Below are positions 1 to 10,080 of a stretch of DNA of 20,304 nucleotides, one piece after another. Position numbers and translations under genes: made by a program. The DNA is from Octopus sinensis (taxonomy: Eukaryota): the NCBI RefSeq assembly GCF_006345805.1, contig NW_021824085.1:1-20304 (forward strand). The letters run 5' to 3'. Position 1 is the stretch's first letter. Each line of letters begins with the position of its first letter. The notes beneath the pieces were generated by a model. That model was given only the letters and a program-made list of their open reading frames with translations, had not been told where the DNA came from and did no database searches.

Positions 1-1
1 T

Positions 2-41
<40 letters not shown>

Positions 42-56
42 ATATATAATATATTA
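1..56. repeat. (TA)n microsatellite, imperfect, cut by the window start
   Basis: Direct TA repeats with a few TTA/TAA interruptions. Confidence 0.95.
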
Positions 57-67
57 CAGTCTTCCTC

Positions 68-400
68 CACCTCATCATCGTTAACGTCTATCTCCAGGCA
101 TACATGGGTAGGACTGTTCAAGGAGTGGCCAAGTAGAAAATCTACCACATTTTACTCTCTCTTGGAAGGGTTTTATACACCTGGTACCCTGGCAATAATA
201 CCAACCACTCTGAAGCGCGTGTATTCAATGTATTTCACGTGGCCCTAACACATGCGATGTTAATTTCGGAATGATTTTTACAGATGGACAGCCTTCCAAA
301 TGCCACAATCACTTTACAATGTGGACTGGATCTGATGCCTTTTACGTGGCACCAACACTGGCAGGATCACCAAGTAAAACTCGCAAGACAGGGAACTATG
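68..400 (-). mobile_element. Degenerate 3' end of a LINE-related (probably RTE-type) interspersed repeat
   Basis: Plus strand starts catcatcgttaacgtc (short GAT tail on minus) and contains gatggacagccttccaaatgcca and ttttacgtggcaccaacac, resembling a common Octopus-type LINE/SINE 3' end as I recall it. No coding motif seen; boundaries approximate. Confidence 0.4.
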
Positions 401-763
401 AGAAGGGCAGGGGCATTTGAAGAGGGAGGCAGCTCGTGTCTAAGGAGAAAAAGGTAGAGTGCGAAAAGAGATCTAAGTGAAGTAGTATGTTGGGTGCATT
501 TATTTTCATTGTATATTCGGTGACCGCGATGATAAGTTTATCATGAGATCCGCCTATGTTACAGGACTCGTTTGATTAATCGCCTTTAGGTGCAACATAA
601 TATAGCAGTAAAACTCGTCAGTTGAATAATGTTATACAATATATTTATTTTCTACTCGTTGTGAGAGAATATATTTCTGTACATTTCAATAAAATATTCA
701 CGGATACATGTGTGTCGTTGTATGAGTTAGCGTGTGTTTGACTCTATGTTTATGTATGCATGT

Positions 764-964
764 GTGCTTATGTGTGTGTGTGTGTGTATTTATGACTATA
801 TGCTTATGGTTATGTGTATAAACAGATGTATACATATGCATATATTTATGTATATGTGTGCATATACATTTATATATATATATACATATGCGTATATATA
901 TATGTGTATATATATATATTTATATATACACACACACATATATATATACATATATACATGTATG

Positions 965-997
<33 letters not shown>

Positions 998-1200
998 ATA
1001 TATATATGTATATGTATACGTATGTATATATATTATGTGTATATATACATATACATATACATATTACACGAATATGTATATATATATATATATGTTTGTA
1101 TATATGATGTATATATATATATATATTATATAATATATATATATATATATGTTTGTATATATGATATATATATATATAATTATATGTGTACATGTGTCTG
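764..1200. repeat. Compound (TA)/(TG)/(CA) microsatellite tract
   Basis: Direct. It explains the YI/CV-repeat ORFs at 734-1327, 814-1107, 858-1133 and 870-1193. Confidence 0.95.
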
Positions 1201-1737
1201 CATATGCGTTCAAGTGTATGATAATCTGCTTAATTCCCAGAAGGATATTCTGCTTGCTGGATCGATATCAGCCGATGGGTTCGTTGTTCCAATATTTCTC
1301 ACTTGCCTGAATTGCGCCCCCTCTTGAAAACACTCAACTCTCAATAGCCTATTTCAATATATATCAGAGGGATAAATAATCCATTGTAAAAGCATCGAGT
1401 GCCTCATTACCTTGGAGCTATACATTGTTAAATTCTGTTCGCGGCTGGCGTATTTGTGTTCAAATGGATTTTGGCGCATTGTCGATGCGTGGGTTTACTT
1501 GGCATATGGGAACGTAAGCGCACAAATGTTTGCATGTGTGGAATTTTTCTTGCTTCAATGTAAATGTTCGTGCTTATTTAGTGTATTTTCTCTCAACAAA
1601 CACTTGTATACATCTGTACATTCTTCTCACATTGGTTTATGTGCTTATATGCAAAATAATGTGAAGTTGTTTTTCAACGTGCTATTGTATATATGTGAAT
1701 ATTTTTGCAGAAGTTGCAAATGGCATATGCGTTAAAT

Positions 1738-1740
<3 letters not shown>

Positions 1741-1780
<40 letters not shown>

Positions 1781-1802
1781 AGAGAGAGAGAGAGAGAGAG
1801 AG
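1741..1802. repeat. (AT)19 followed by (GA)n
   Basis: Direct. Confidence 0.95.
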
Positions 1803-1899
1803 ATGCTGTTATCTTGCGGAAACATTTTTAAAATGCTAGTTCGTTACGATATATAAATTTCTTTCAATGCTATTTTATTTTTGAAACAATATAATGCAG

Positions 1900-2030
1900 T
1901 TTTTCTTCTTCTTCTTATTCTTCTTTTCTTCTTCTTTCTCTTCTCTTCTCTTCTTCTTCTTCTTCTTCTCTCTTCTCTTTTCTTTCTTCTTCTTTTTCCT
2001 TCTTCTCTTCTTATTATTATTATTATTATT
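1900..2030. repeat. Polypyrimidine (TTC)n-like tract followed by (TTA)n, which is the LINE tail or target
   Basis: Near-pure C/T tract 1900-2010, then (TTA)n at 2011-2030. Confidence 0.9.
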
Positions 2031-2950
2031 CAGTAGTTTTATTTTTTATAGCGTGCTTTCACTTCACTACCGAGCGCAGCTCTGTGTGCCTTGGGTATGT
2101 GCTGTGATTTGTTGTGATGCTCTGATGGTTATTGTATGGAAAGTGCTCTGCGTAGGATGTGTGGCAGTGCCTAGTAGTGCAATTTTCTGTATGATATATG
2201 TGTTTGTAAGTCCTGGGTCTTTGTTATGTATTGTCTGAATATTTTTTTATCATGCCTAATGCACCTACTATGATGATACGAATTGTTTCTGTTTTCAGAT
2301 TCCACATTCTAGTTACCTCTATTTCCAGGTCTTGTATTTTGAGAGTTTCTCCATTTCTTTAGAGACACGTTGTCATCTGCCCGGTATTGATACATCAATT
2401 AGAAAGCATTTTTTTTCTTCATGATCTCTGACAAACTATATCTGTATGTTGGCCTAATTTTCTATCTGTGTGTATCGGCATATCCCAGAGTATGTTGCTT
2501 TCTCGTTTTTCTGTAACCTTTTCTGGTGGTGCCTTATACCATTTTTTTCTGTTGTTATTCCATAATGTTGGCATAGCTTCCAGTGTATGTAGGTTCCAAC
2601 TCTTGTCATGTCTGTGAATATATTCCTTCTTAGCCAGGACTGGGCAGCTAGAGATAATATGATTTATTGTTTCTTGTCCATCTCCACATATTCTGCAGTT
2701 ACTTGTAATATTTCTTTCATTACATGTTTTTGGTAATTTTGGTGGGGAGGCTTTGGTCTTGTGCTGCAATTGAAAATCCCTCTGTTTCTGCTTTGAGTCC
2801 TGAGCTTCTCAACCATTATTGGGATCTTTCTTTGTCTATTTCTTTTGCGTTTAGTTTAGTGCAGTATTTACCATGAAGGGACTTTTCTTGCCATCGTTTT
2901 ATCATGGTTCGTTGCTGTTCTATTTTTAGTTTGGATTTCATTTGTTTTAT

Positions 2951-2951
<1 letters not shown>
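2031..2951 (-). mobile_element. 5'-truncated, frameshifted non-LTR retrotransposon of the R4/Dong clade (zinc knuckle plus restriction-like endonuclease)
   Basis: Minus-strand translation across frameshifts gives RWQEKSLHGKY...WLRSSGLKAETEG...AAQDQSL, the CCHC knuckle CRICGDGQETINHIISSC, EYIHRHD, ILWDMPIHTDR, KCFLIDVSIP, DLEIEVTRMWNLKTET, KIALLGTA and ILRRALSIQ-stop. A 3' UTR then ends in aaaaataaaactactg-(AAT)n. Confidence 0.9.
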
Positions 2952-3000
<49 letters not shown>

Positions 3001-3001
3001 T
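2952..3001. repeat. (TAT)n microsatellite at the LINE 5' junction
   Basis: Direct, about 16 units. Confidence 0.95.
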
Positions 3002-3087
3002 CGTTTGGTTTGTTTGTTTTAGACTACCACGGTAATGTTTTCACCCTTTAAATTGTATATTCAAGATTTCTTACAGGAAATAGGTGT

Positions 3088-3138
<51 letters not shown>

Positions 3139-3153
3139 CACTACTACTACTAC
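3088..3153. repeat. (TAC)n trinucleotide microsatellite
   Basis: Direct. It produces the poly-Thr ORF at 3035-3241. Confidence 0.95.
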
Positions 3154-3895
3154 TGGTGCTACTGATGCTATTGCAACCACCATCACCGCTGCTGTTGGTG
3201 GGACTGCCAAAATACTCATAAGGGCGATGAATGGCGTTTAGAGGCATTCTAAGAATCGTAAGGTGTTTCTTTCCGATTTTATTGCAAGAATAATATGAAT
3301 AGTTTTATTTCTGGAATTAAAGAGCACAATAGTTTGAATAAAATAACATTAATAAGAAATAAAGATACAATATCCAGAGGGCTTTAGGGGAAATAAATAT
3401 TAAAGGGATAAAAAATAAAAAAAAGGATACCGAAAATAGAAGAAATAGTTATTTATTTTAAAACAATTGTAATTTATGCCCTGTAGTGCGTTACAAAATT
3501 ACACGTCATATAAATACATACGCATGAGTTTATGCATGTATATGTATATAAATGTGTGTTGGTCTAACTACCCCAAATCGACATACAATTATAGATGTGC
3601 ATTTTTATATTCATGTATGTATGTATGTAGGTGTGTAGATTTGAAGCCGCCCCTCATCAACAACTCAACAAATGAAAGAAACCACAATTCTATAAGACAG
3701 GAGACGCAAATGATTTTCATTCTTTGTTCATCATGTACCTATATTAATTTTTATATCACATTCATCGCAAAGTAGACTCTAATATGTAACACACACACAC
3801 ACATATAAATAAGGATTCACTTCCACACACGCCAGCTTAATTTCAGTAGTTCTCGAATACCGGAAGTAGAGAACTTTTTTCTCGAATCTAAAATA

Positions 3896-3935
3896 ACCGT
3901 CCGACGAACGGGAAGGTGAAACTCTGAGTAACAGT
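3896..3935 (+). ncRNA. Type I hammerhead-ribozyme-like fold with variant core, in a Penelope-type terminal-repeat fragment (about 3806-3968)
   Basis: ACCGU-CCGACGA-ACG(GGAA)GGU-GAAA-CUCUGAG-UA/ACAGU. Stem I is 4/5 paired, stem II 2/3 paired, and stem III is the near-palindrome ACUC-U-GAGU. The core has C in place of U4. Confidence 0.6.
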
Positions 3936-3967
3936 CATTGCGATGTCTTTGCAGCTTTATTAGTAAT

Positions 3968-3972
3968 ATGTA

Positions 3973-4010
<38 letters not shown>

Positions 4011-4014
4011 TAAT

Positions 4015-4048
<34 letters not shown>

Positions 4049-4057
4049 GGTAGATGA

Positions 4058-4092
<35 letters not shown>

Positions 4093-4155
4093 CACACTCA
4101 CGCACGGGCGCACACACATAGACACATGTATACACACACACACACACACACGACG
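3968..4155. repeat. Compound (TA)n, (GATA)n and (CA)n microsatellite
   Basis: Direct. Confidence 0.95.
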
Positions 4156-4309
4156 CACACACAATAAAACACGCATAACTCATTTGGAAAATGAAATTAC
4201 ACAAATGCAAAATTGATATGAGTTATTGATGCAATAATTAAACGAATATGAGCTTGACAATATTGATCCAAATAGCAATGCTGAGGATGAACACTAGTGA
4301 CGAGGACGA

Positions 4310-4385
4310 GTATGATATTGATGGTGGTTGTGGTGGTGGTGGTGTTTGTGGTGATGTTGGTGGTGGTGTTGTTGCCACTGATGAT
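4310..4385. repeat. Degenerate (GGT)/(GAT) trinucleotide tract
   Basis: Direct: gatggtggttgtggtggtggtggtgtttgtggtgatgttggtggtggtgttgttg. Confidence 0.8.
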
Positions 4386-4811
4386 AAGAAATTGAAATAT
4401 GGAATTGAACACATATATTCTGCTATAGACATTTGTAGGGGTTAGTTATATTATTTGATAATATTTTAATAATTAAGAAGAGTTACGATGCACAACTACA
4501 GGCGTTTTTCTAGTGTAAGTACATACATTTACAACTAATGACACACTATTTTACAAATGCTAATATAAATAGTATAAGATATATACTAAACGTTGTACAT
4601 AACTGACGATAACCAACGCAAGGAGGAAAAGAAAACGGAGACTGCAAGAAAATGGAGGAATCTAAAATATATAGAACATGAGAAGACAATGCTCAGAGAG
4701 AATGAATTAGCCATATTTACAATTAACAATCTAGTACAGTTAATTGTAAATCTATATATAAAAATTTCAATAGTAAATATTAATTGTAAATCTATATATA
4801 TATAGAAATTT

Positions 4812-5260
4812 CAACTATATATGGTTGAAAGAACAAAAGCGAAGACAGGTGTAAGAACAATAAAAGGATGTATTAGTTTGACGCTCGGGAAAATGAAAAA
4901 GTCTTTTACGTTTCGACCCTACGCACTTCAACAGAAAGGAATAAGAGAATAGGAATATATGTGTGTTTTGATTATAATAATATCTGTGTGTTTTCTTGTT
5001 ACTGACAATGTTGCTTTTCTTGGAAAGCTTGTGACAGGTGTTACAGTTCTGGCCTTTGTTTTTCTGTTTTTGTCGAGTGTTCGTAATATTGCTGTGTACC
5101 CTTCTTATCTTCTGCCTGCCTCGTGTGGAGACTAATTCATAGGTTTAGGACCTATCATCTTTCTCCATATCATCCCGCAAGGAATTGGTAGGTGATGCTA
5201 ATGTCTGATCGAAACTTTTGTTTTTGTCGGTTTGAATTGTAGAGAGACCGGGAGAATTAA
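4812..5260 (-). mobile_element. Penelope-like element relic: degenerate ORF piece followed by a hammerhead-containing terminal repeat
   Basis: An ATG-less minus frame is open from 5144 and includes KGQNCNTCHKL, resembling the Cys motif upstream of the Penelope GIY-YIG domain. It runs directly into the hammerhead-like segment on the same strand and ends in TATA-rich DNA. The protein similarity is weak. Confidence 0.45.
4903..4938 (-). ncRNA. Degenerate minimal type I hammerhead-like motif
   Basis: CUUU-CUGUUGA-A-GUGC(GUAG)GGUC-GAAA-CG-UA/AAAG. Stem I is 4 bp, stem III is the palindrome ACGU, the core has U at A6, and stem II has two mismatches. Confidence 0.5.
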
Positions 5261-5460
5261 GCATTTATGGAAGAAAGGTACAAATATCTGCGCTGTTTTG
5301 GTTTTGGCGTAGGAAAACTCTGTTCCAAACGATTTTGTTGCTGATGCTTATGCAGTTGTGTTATTGGTAATAGGAAAAGTTGATTTTTTAAAGAGGTGGG
5401 TGGTTCTCCACAGGAGTAACATTTTGCCTTTCTAACAAATTTTACCCACCTTATTGGATC

Positions 5461-5504
5461 CGTATATGTATATTTATACATACATAGATGCATGTGTGTA
5501 TGTA

Positions 5505-5589
<85 letters not shown>

Positions 5590-5720
5590 CTATCTATCTA
5601 TCTATCTTGTTATATAAATATATATATATATGCCTATAAGATATATATATATAATTATATATATATATGCATATGCATATGTGCATGTGTTGTGTGCGAG
5701 TGTGTGGGCGCACGCATATA
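5461..5720. repeat. (TATC)n (about 5507-5605) within a compound TA/TG tract
   Basis: Direct. It explains the YLSI-repeat ORFs. Confidence 0.95.
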
Positions 5721-6379
5721 TCTGTCTACATATATTGACATATTGACGTCTAATTCTAGAACCGTCAATACAAGTTTCTGAAACTTTTACGTTTTATAAT
5801 ATTTCGTAAGATTTGTTGCGTAACTTGATGGCATGTCTCTTGGCACCTTAAGAGCTGCAGCCCTATTGTTCTCGAATCTTCCTTATTGTTCTAAGACAAC
5901 TAATCATTGTTGTATGTATTTCTATTCATTCTCCCACTTTTAGTGATCTCTTCATTCATGTATCAATTTCGTTGTGTTGCTTGAGATAATTATATCAATT
6001 AATGACAGCAATGCAGAAAGAACAAAGAAAAATCAGAAATAATGAACAAAAGAATGAAAAATAACGATGGCAAGAAATAGGAAAAAAAAGGGACAGAAAG
6101 CCTTGAAGGAATAACATTCACAAATAAGTGGTGATTCAAAGTAATAAAATGATATTATAAAAAATATAAAGAATCGGATTCTGCAAATGATAAGTAGTAG
6201 AAGAAAAGAAAACAATCATTCATAGAGACATATATCGAACATAGGAAAACTGGTTGGAAGCCTATTGTAAATGTTTCCTAGTCAAATCTGCAATACCAGC
6301 AAATAAATTGCAGATATTATTTGCAAATGAGCACATTCACTCGCTGGACGTAATGCACCGTTTTCAGGTGAACAAAATA

Positions 6380-6790
6380 AATAATTCTAAAACAAGAAAG
6401 CAACAGCAGAAATATTAGCAACAGCAACATCACTAACAGAGCTAACAATAAATACATCATCATCGAGAGTAGCATCAGAATTGATAACGAAACAATATGC
6501 TTTTGCGTTGGAACATCAGCAGCAATACCGATCAACACCAACGTAAAACAAAAGAACGCAAAACGACAATCAACAACAACAACAACAACAGCAGTAAAGA
6601 ACAATAACAATAACGTGAACAACAACAGCAACAACTACAACGTAATCAACAAGAGAAGCAACCGCCACTGCAATACTTTCAGCAAAAGCTACAGTAATAA
6701 GGAAAAGAAAAAAAGAAAGAAAACACAACACAACGTCGACCGAAACAATTACAACAAAAATGCATCGAAAGTGGGAAACAATATATGAAA
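6380..6790. repeat. Low-complexity AAC/AAT/AGC-rich decayed trinucleotide region
   Basis: Many short (AAC)n and (AGC)n runs. It explains the poly-Leu/Val minus-strand ORFs. Confidence 0.75.
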
Positions 6791-7554
6791 AAAAAAGCAC
6801 TTAAAGCGACAACACTTCAATGAATGAATCTGTAAAAAATGCAGCGCATTCTTGATATTACCCGTGGGTTATGTTATAATGGGATTGCTTTTTTCCCCCC
6901 TCTTCAACGATATCAATAGGTGCATGTTCGATTTTAAACTATTGTTGTTTTATCCCGTGATTTTTTTTTAGTTTCTTTAAACGTTATGAAAGTAAAATTG
7001 TTGTAGATCAATGGAAAAGAGGTTCTAGAATTATCACTTACAATCGCCAGAAATGAGGTATGGTGAGTGTTGTGTTAGGCAGAGGAAGCGAAAGAGATAA
7101 AAATTGAACACGGTGTGTAACATCAGCAAAAAACTCTTATGTAAATAGAAACACAGCAGCATTTGTGTCTAACAGGAATATAAAATAAAGCACTTCTGTT
7201 TTGTGCCAAATGTCGAATTAACCCACCCATACGAGTTATTTTATTTTTCGATTCGTAAAAGATGAGAGGCAGAATTCATGCCTTGAAAACAAATATTAAA
7301 GAGCGATAACTAAATTCTGATTCCTCAATTTTCTATCAAATACTCTCGATTGTATTCAAGTCTTCAATCGAATCGGCTGCTTGCGCCATATTTGACTATT
7401 TCGTTTACATGAAAGCGGAACCTTAACTTGACTTGATTTTAGCTCAGAACACACACAAAAAAATAATAAATAAAGATAAAAAACAAACTAGTTGTTAAGT
7501 AACTAAAATTGCGCCAAAAAGTTAATGGCATGGATTAAAGATGAAATAAATAGG

Positions 7555-7700
7555 TTTGGCCGTATGGAATGACTTGCGTGGCACCTCCGGGTTCAGTCCC
7601 ACTTCATGGCATCTTCGGCAAGTGTCTTCTACTATAGCCTCGGGTCGAACAAAGCCTTATGAGTGATTTGGTAGACAGAAACTGAAAGAAGCCTGTCGTA

Positions 7701-7779
<79 letters not shown>

Positions 7780-7896
7780 GTATATATATATGTATATATA
7801 TATGTATATATATGTATATATATATATGTATTATATGTATATATATGTATATATATATATAAATATATATGTATATATATTATATATTATATATAT

Positions 7897-7931
<35 letters not shown>

Positions 7932-8160
7932 ATATGTATCTGTGTATATGTTTGTGTGTCTATTTGTCACCCCAACATCGCTTGACAACCGATGGTGGTG
8001 TATTTACCTCCCCGTAACTTAGTCGTTCGATAAAAGAGACCGATAGAATAAATACTAGGCTTAGAAAAATTAAGTCCTGGGGTCGATTTGCTCCACTAAA
8101 GGTGGTGCTCCAGCATAGCCGCAGTCAAATGCCTGAAACAAGTAAAAGAGTAAAAGAGTA
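7555..8160 (+). mobile_element. tRNA-derived SINE (family 1) with an expanded internal (TA)n/(TG)n tract
   Basis: A-box-like tggccgtatgg at 7557-7567 and B-box gggttcagtccc at 7589-7600. The body ggcaagtgtcttctactatagcctcggg...gaaactgaaagaagcctgtcgta is followed by a microsatellite at 7700-7960, a 3' part, and the tail agtaaaagagtaaaagagta. The 5' part recurs at about 11218-11360. Confidence 0.85.
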
Positions 8161-8182
8161 AACAAACAATAAATTAATGAAA

Positions 8183-8192
8183 ATGATGTTGT

Positions 8193-8223
<31 letters not shown>

Positions 8224-8397
8224 CCTTTCAACTAAAGGCACAAGGCCTGAAATTTTGGGGAAGGTACTAGTCGATGACTTCGACCCCACTACATGTCTGG
8301 CACTTGTTTTACTGGCCCCGAAAGGATGAAAGGAAAAGTCGACTTCGGCGGAATTTGAACTCAGAATGATTCTAACGATTCTACCTGCTCGCCGCCT
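8183..8397 (-). mobile_element. tRNA-derived SINE (family 2) with an (ATC)n tail and an internal deletion in the head
   Basis: B-box-like gagttcaaattcc on minus. The head matches the copy at 11596-11680 but lacks about 40 nt. The tail appears as (GAT)n at 8183-8223 on plus. Confidence 0.8.
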
Positions 8398-8398
8398 G

Positions 8399-8435
8399 AC
8401 TACTATTAATGCTACTGCTGCTGCTACTGCTGCTG

Positions 8436-8470
<35 letters not shown>

Positions 8471-8519
8471 GCTGCTGTTGCTGCTGCAACTACTACTATT
8501 ATTGCTACTGCTGCTGCTG

Positions 8520-8555
<36 letters not shown>

Positions 8556-8581
8556 TGCTGATAATAATGATAATAATAATC
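8399..8581. repeat. Compound (TAC)/(TGC)/(TAA) trinucleotide microsatellite
   Basis: Direct. It explains the poly-T/A and poly-S ORFs. Confidence 0.95.
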
Positions 8582-9356
8582 TAAATGAAATAAGAGAAAT
8601 TGTTCTCTTACGTAGTCTAAGGATGTAAGTTTCTTGCACTGAGAGTTTATACTAAATGGAGACGAGGATAAATCGCTATAATTTTGCATAAACGAATCTG
8701 TACCGTTTCGGATCTGAATACATAGCATATTTGTGTGATTGTACTACAGAATATGTATTTGAACTCAGCTTCATAAAGGGCTAAGTTATATAAATATTAA
8801 ATCGGAGAGATAAATAGAGCATTCACGCCCAAGTATTGTACAATTCAATAATGATGAAGAATGTGTGATCCGCTAAATGGATCCTGTTGCCTGCTTCATA
8901 TCAGATTTTTAAACACAAATTCGAGAAAAGGAATAATGCAACGTTCTAAGGCACCGACTGAAAGGAATTTGAAATAAGTGTCAAGTTCTCTCATTCGAAT
9001 TGCAATAGGAATCTTAGCTCCTGTGGCAAAAGTTAAAATTATAAAAGACAGCGAATGCTGAGTTTAGTTCCAGAACGCAGCAGGAAGCGTATATGATTTT
9101 CAGGGTAAGGACCACAAGGAAATGTTTACATACATAACTTTTCGGAAGGCTGCTTTATATCTGGCAGTCAATGCAACCCGGTAGATTATCAGTGAAATGT
9201 TGAACGAACGGAAGGAATATAAATAATTATAAACTAAGATTTGAATTGACGCAGACATTGATGTGAAGGTAAGAAAGCCAGCTTAACTTCCATCTTTTAT
9301 ACACCCCGCCACCAAAAATGGCCCGTAAATTAATTTGGTAGACGTATCCTCTCGTC

Positions 9357-9411
9357 TATGTGTGTTTGTATGTATGTATATATATATATTTATATATATA
9401 TATATATATAT

Positions 9412-9443
<32 letters not shown>
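9357..9443. repeat. (TG)/(TATG)/(TA)n microsatellite
   Basis: Direct. Confidence 0.9.
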
Positions 9444-9447
<4 letters not shown>

Positions 9448-9640
9448 ATTACTTTATATAATTAGTGTTCATCAAAAAAATTGCTTTACCACACACCGAA
9501 CTTTATGAGTATACATGTCTGGGAGACTCTTTTTATAGTAGTGGAAATAGCTAAATTCTTTGGCTGCTATTTCTAAAAGTTCGGTGTGTGTTAAAGCAAT
9601 TTTTTTGCTGAACCCTAATTATATAAAGTAATGTTTATAT
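9440..9640. mobile_element. Foldback/MITE-like element with 65-bp inverted arms
   Basis: 9440-9504 versus the reverse complement of 9576-9640 gives 62/65 identity. The 71-bp spacer contains an inner gaaatagc/gctatttc inverted pair. Confidence 0.75.
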
Positions 9641-9755
9641 TTACCATAAATGGTCCTTTTACATACATAACACTGCTTGGTAAAATTATTAATTACTAAT
9701 AAATTAATTAAAAATACCCTTATTATTATTGACTATATATATATATATTTATATA

Positions 9756-9953
9756 CGAGAAGGTAATGAAAATTTACTGACATTAAGGGTATTGCAAAAG
9801 ACCTGGCTGGAGACCCAAACTTCCGAGTTCTATTATGTGGTTTAGAAAATCTGAAGGACTGCTGTATTAAGTGCGTGAATCTGAGAGGAATATTTTGAAT
9901 AAAATCATAATTAGCACATTCGCTTGTATTTTCTTTTATCTAAAACCAGGAAA
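9756..9953 (+). mobile_element. Short mariner-derived non-autonomous remnant (transposase C-terminus)
   Basis: Follows TA. Translates across frameshifts as TWLETQTSEFY..GLENLKDCCIKCVNLRG.YFE-stop, matching the mariner C-terminal pattern W...Q..EFY..GI.KL..RW.KC....G.Y.E. The TIRs are eroded. Confidence 0.65.
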
Positions 9954-9958
9954 AACCA

Positions 9959-10080
9959 CATGTGTGTGTGGGTGTGTGTTTGTGTGTCTGTATGTGTGTG
10001 TATGAATGTGTGTCTATATGTATATGTGTATGTATGTATGTATGTATGTATGTATGTGTGTATGTATGTATGTATATGTA
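9959..10080. repeat. (TG)n/(TATG)n microsatellite
   Basis: Direct. Confidence 0.95.

Noticed and set aside
734-1327. 197-aa ORF and the other YI/CV/HT/MYVC/poly-T/poly-S ORFs across the window
   Set aside because: They are translations of di-, tri- and tetranucleotide microsatellites that lack stop codons in those frames.
3848-3875. CCGGAAGT ETS-like motif as a promoter
   Set aside because: It lies within the repeat-derived hammerhead-bearing segment, with no gene or other promoter evidence.
4248-4446. 65-aa ORF ending near a GTTAGT donor-like site, as a possible first exon
   Set aside because: The Asp/Gly-rich core is a decayed (GAT)/(GGT) repeat, and I found no recognisable domain or convincing downstream exon.
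4741-4815. Roughly 40-bp imperfect tandem repeat
   Set aside because: A low-complexity AT-rich slippage product next to an element end, and not informative.
9235-9275. Donor-like GAAG|GTAAGA at 9269/9270
   Set aside because: The nearest AG-bounded upstream segment has stops in all three frames, and there is no support for an exon.
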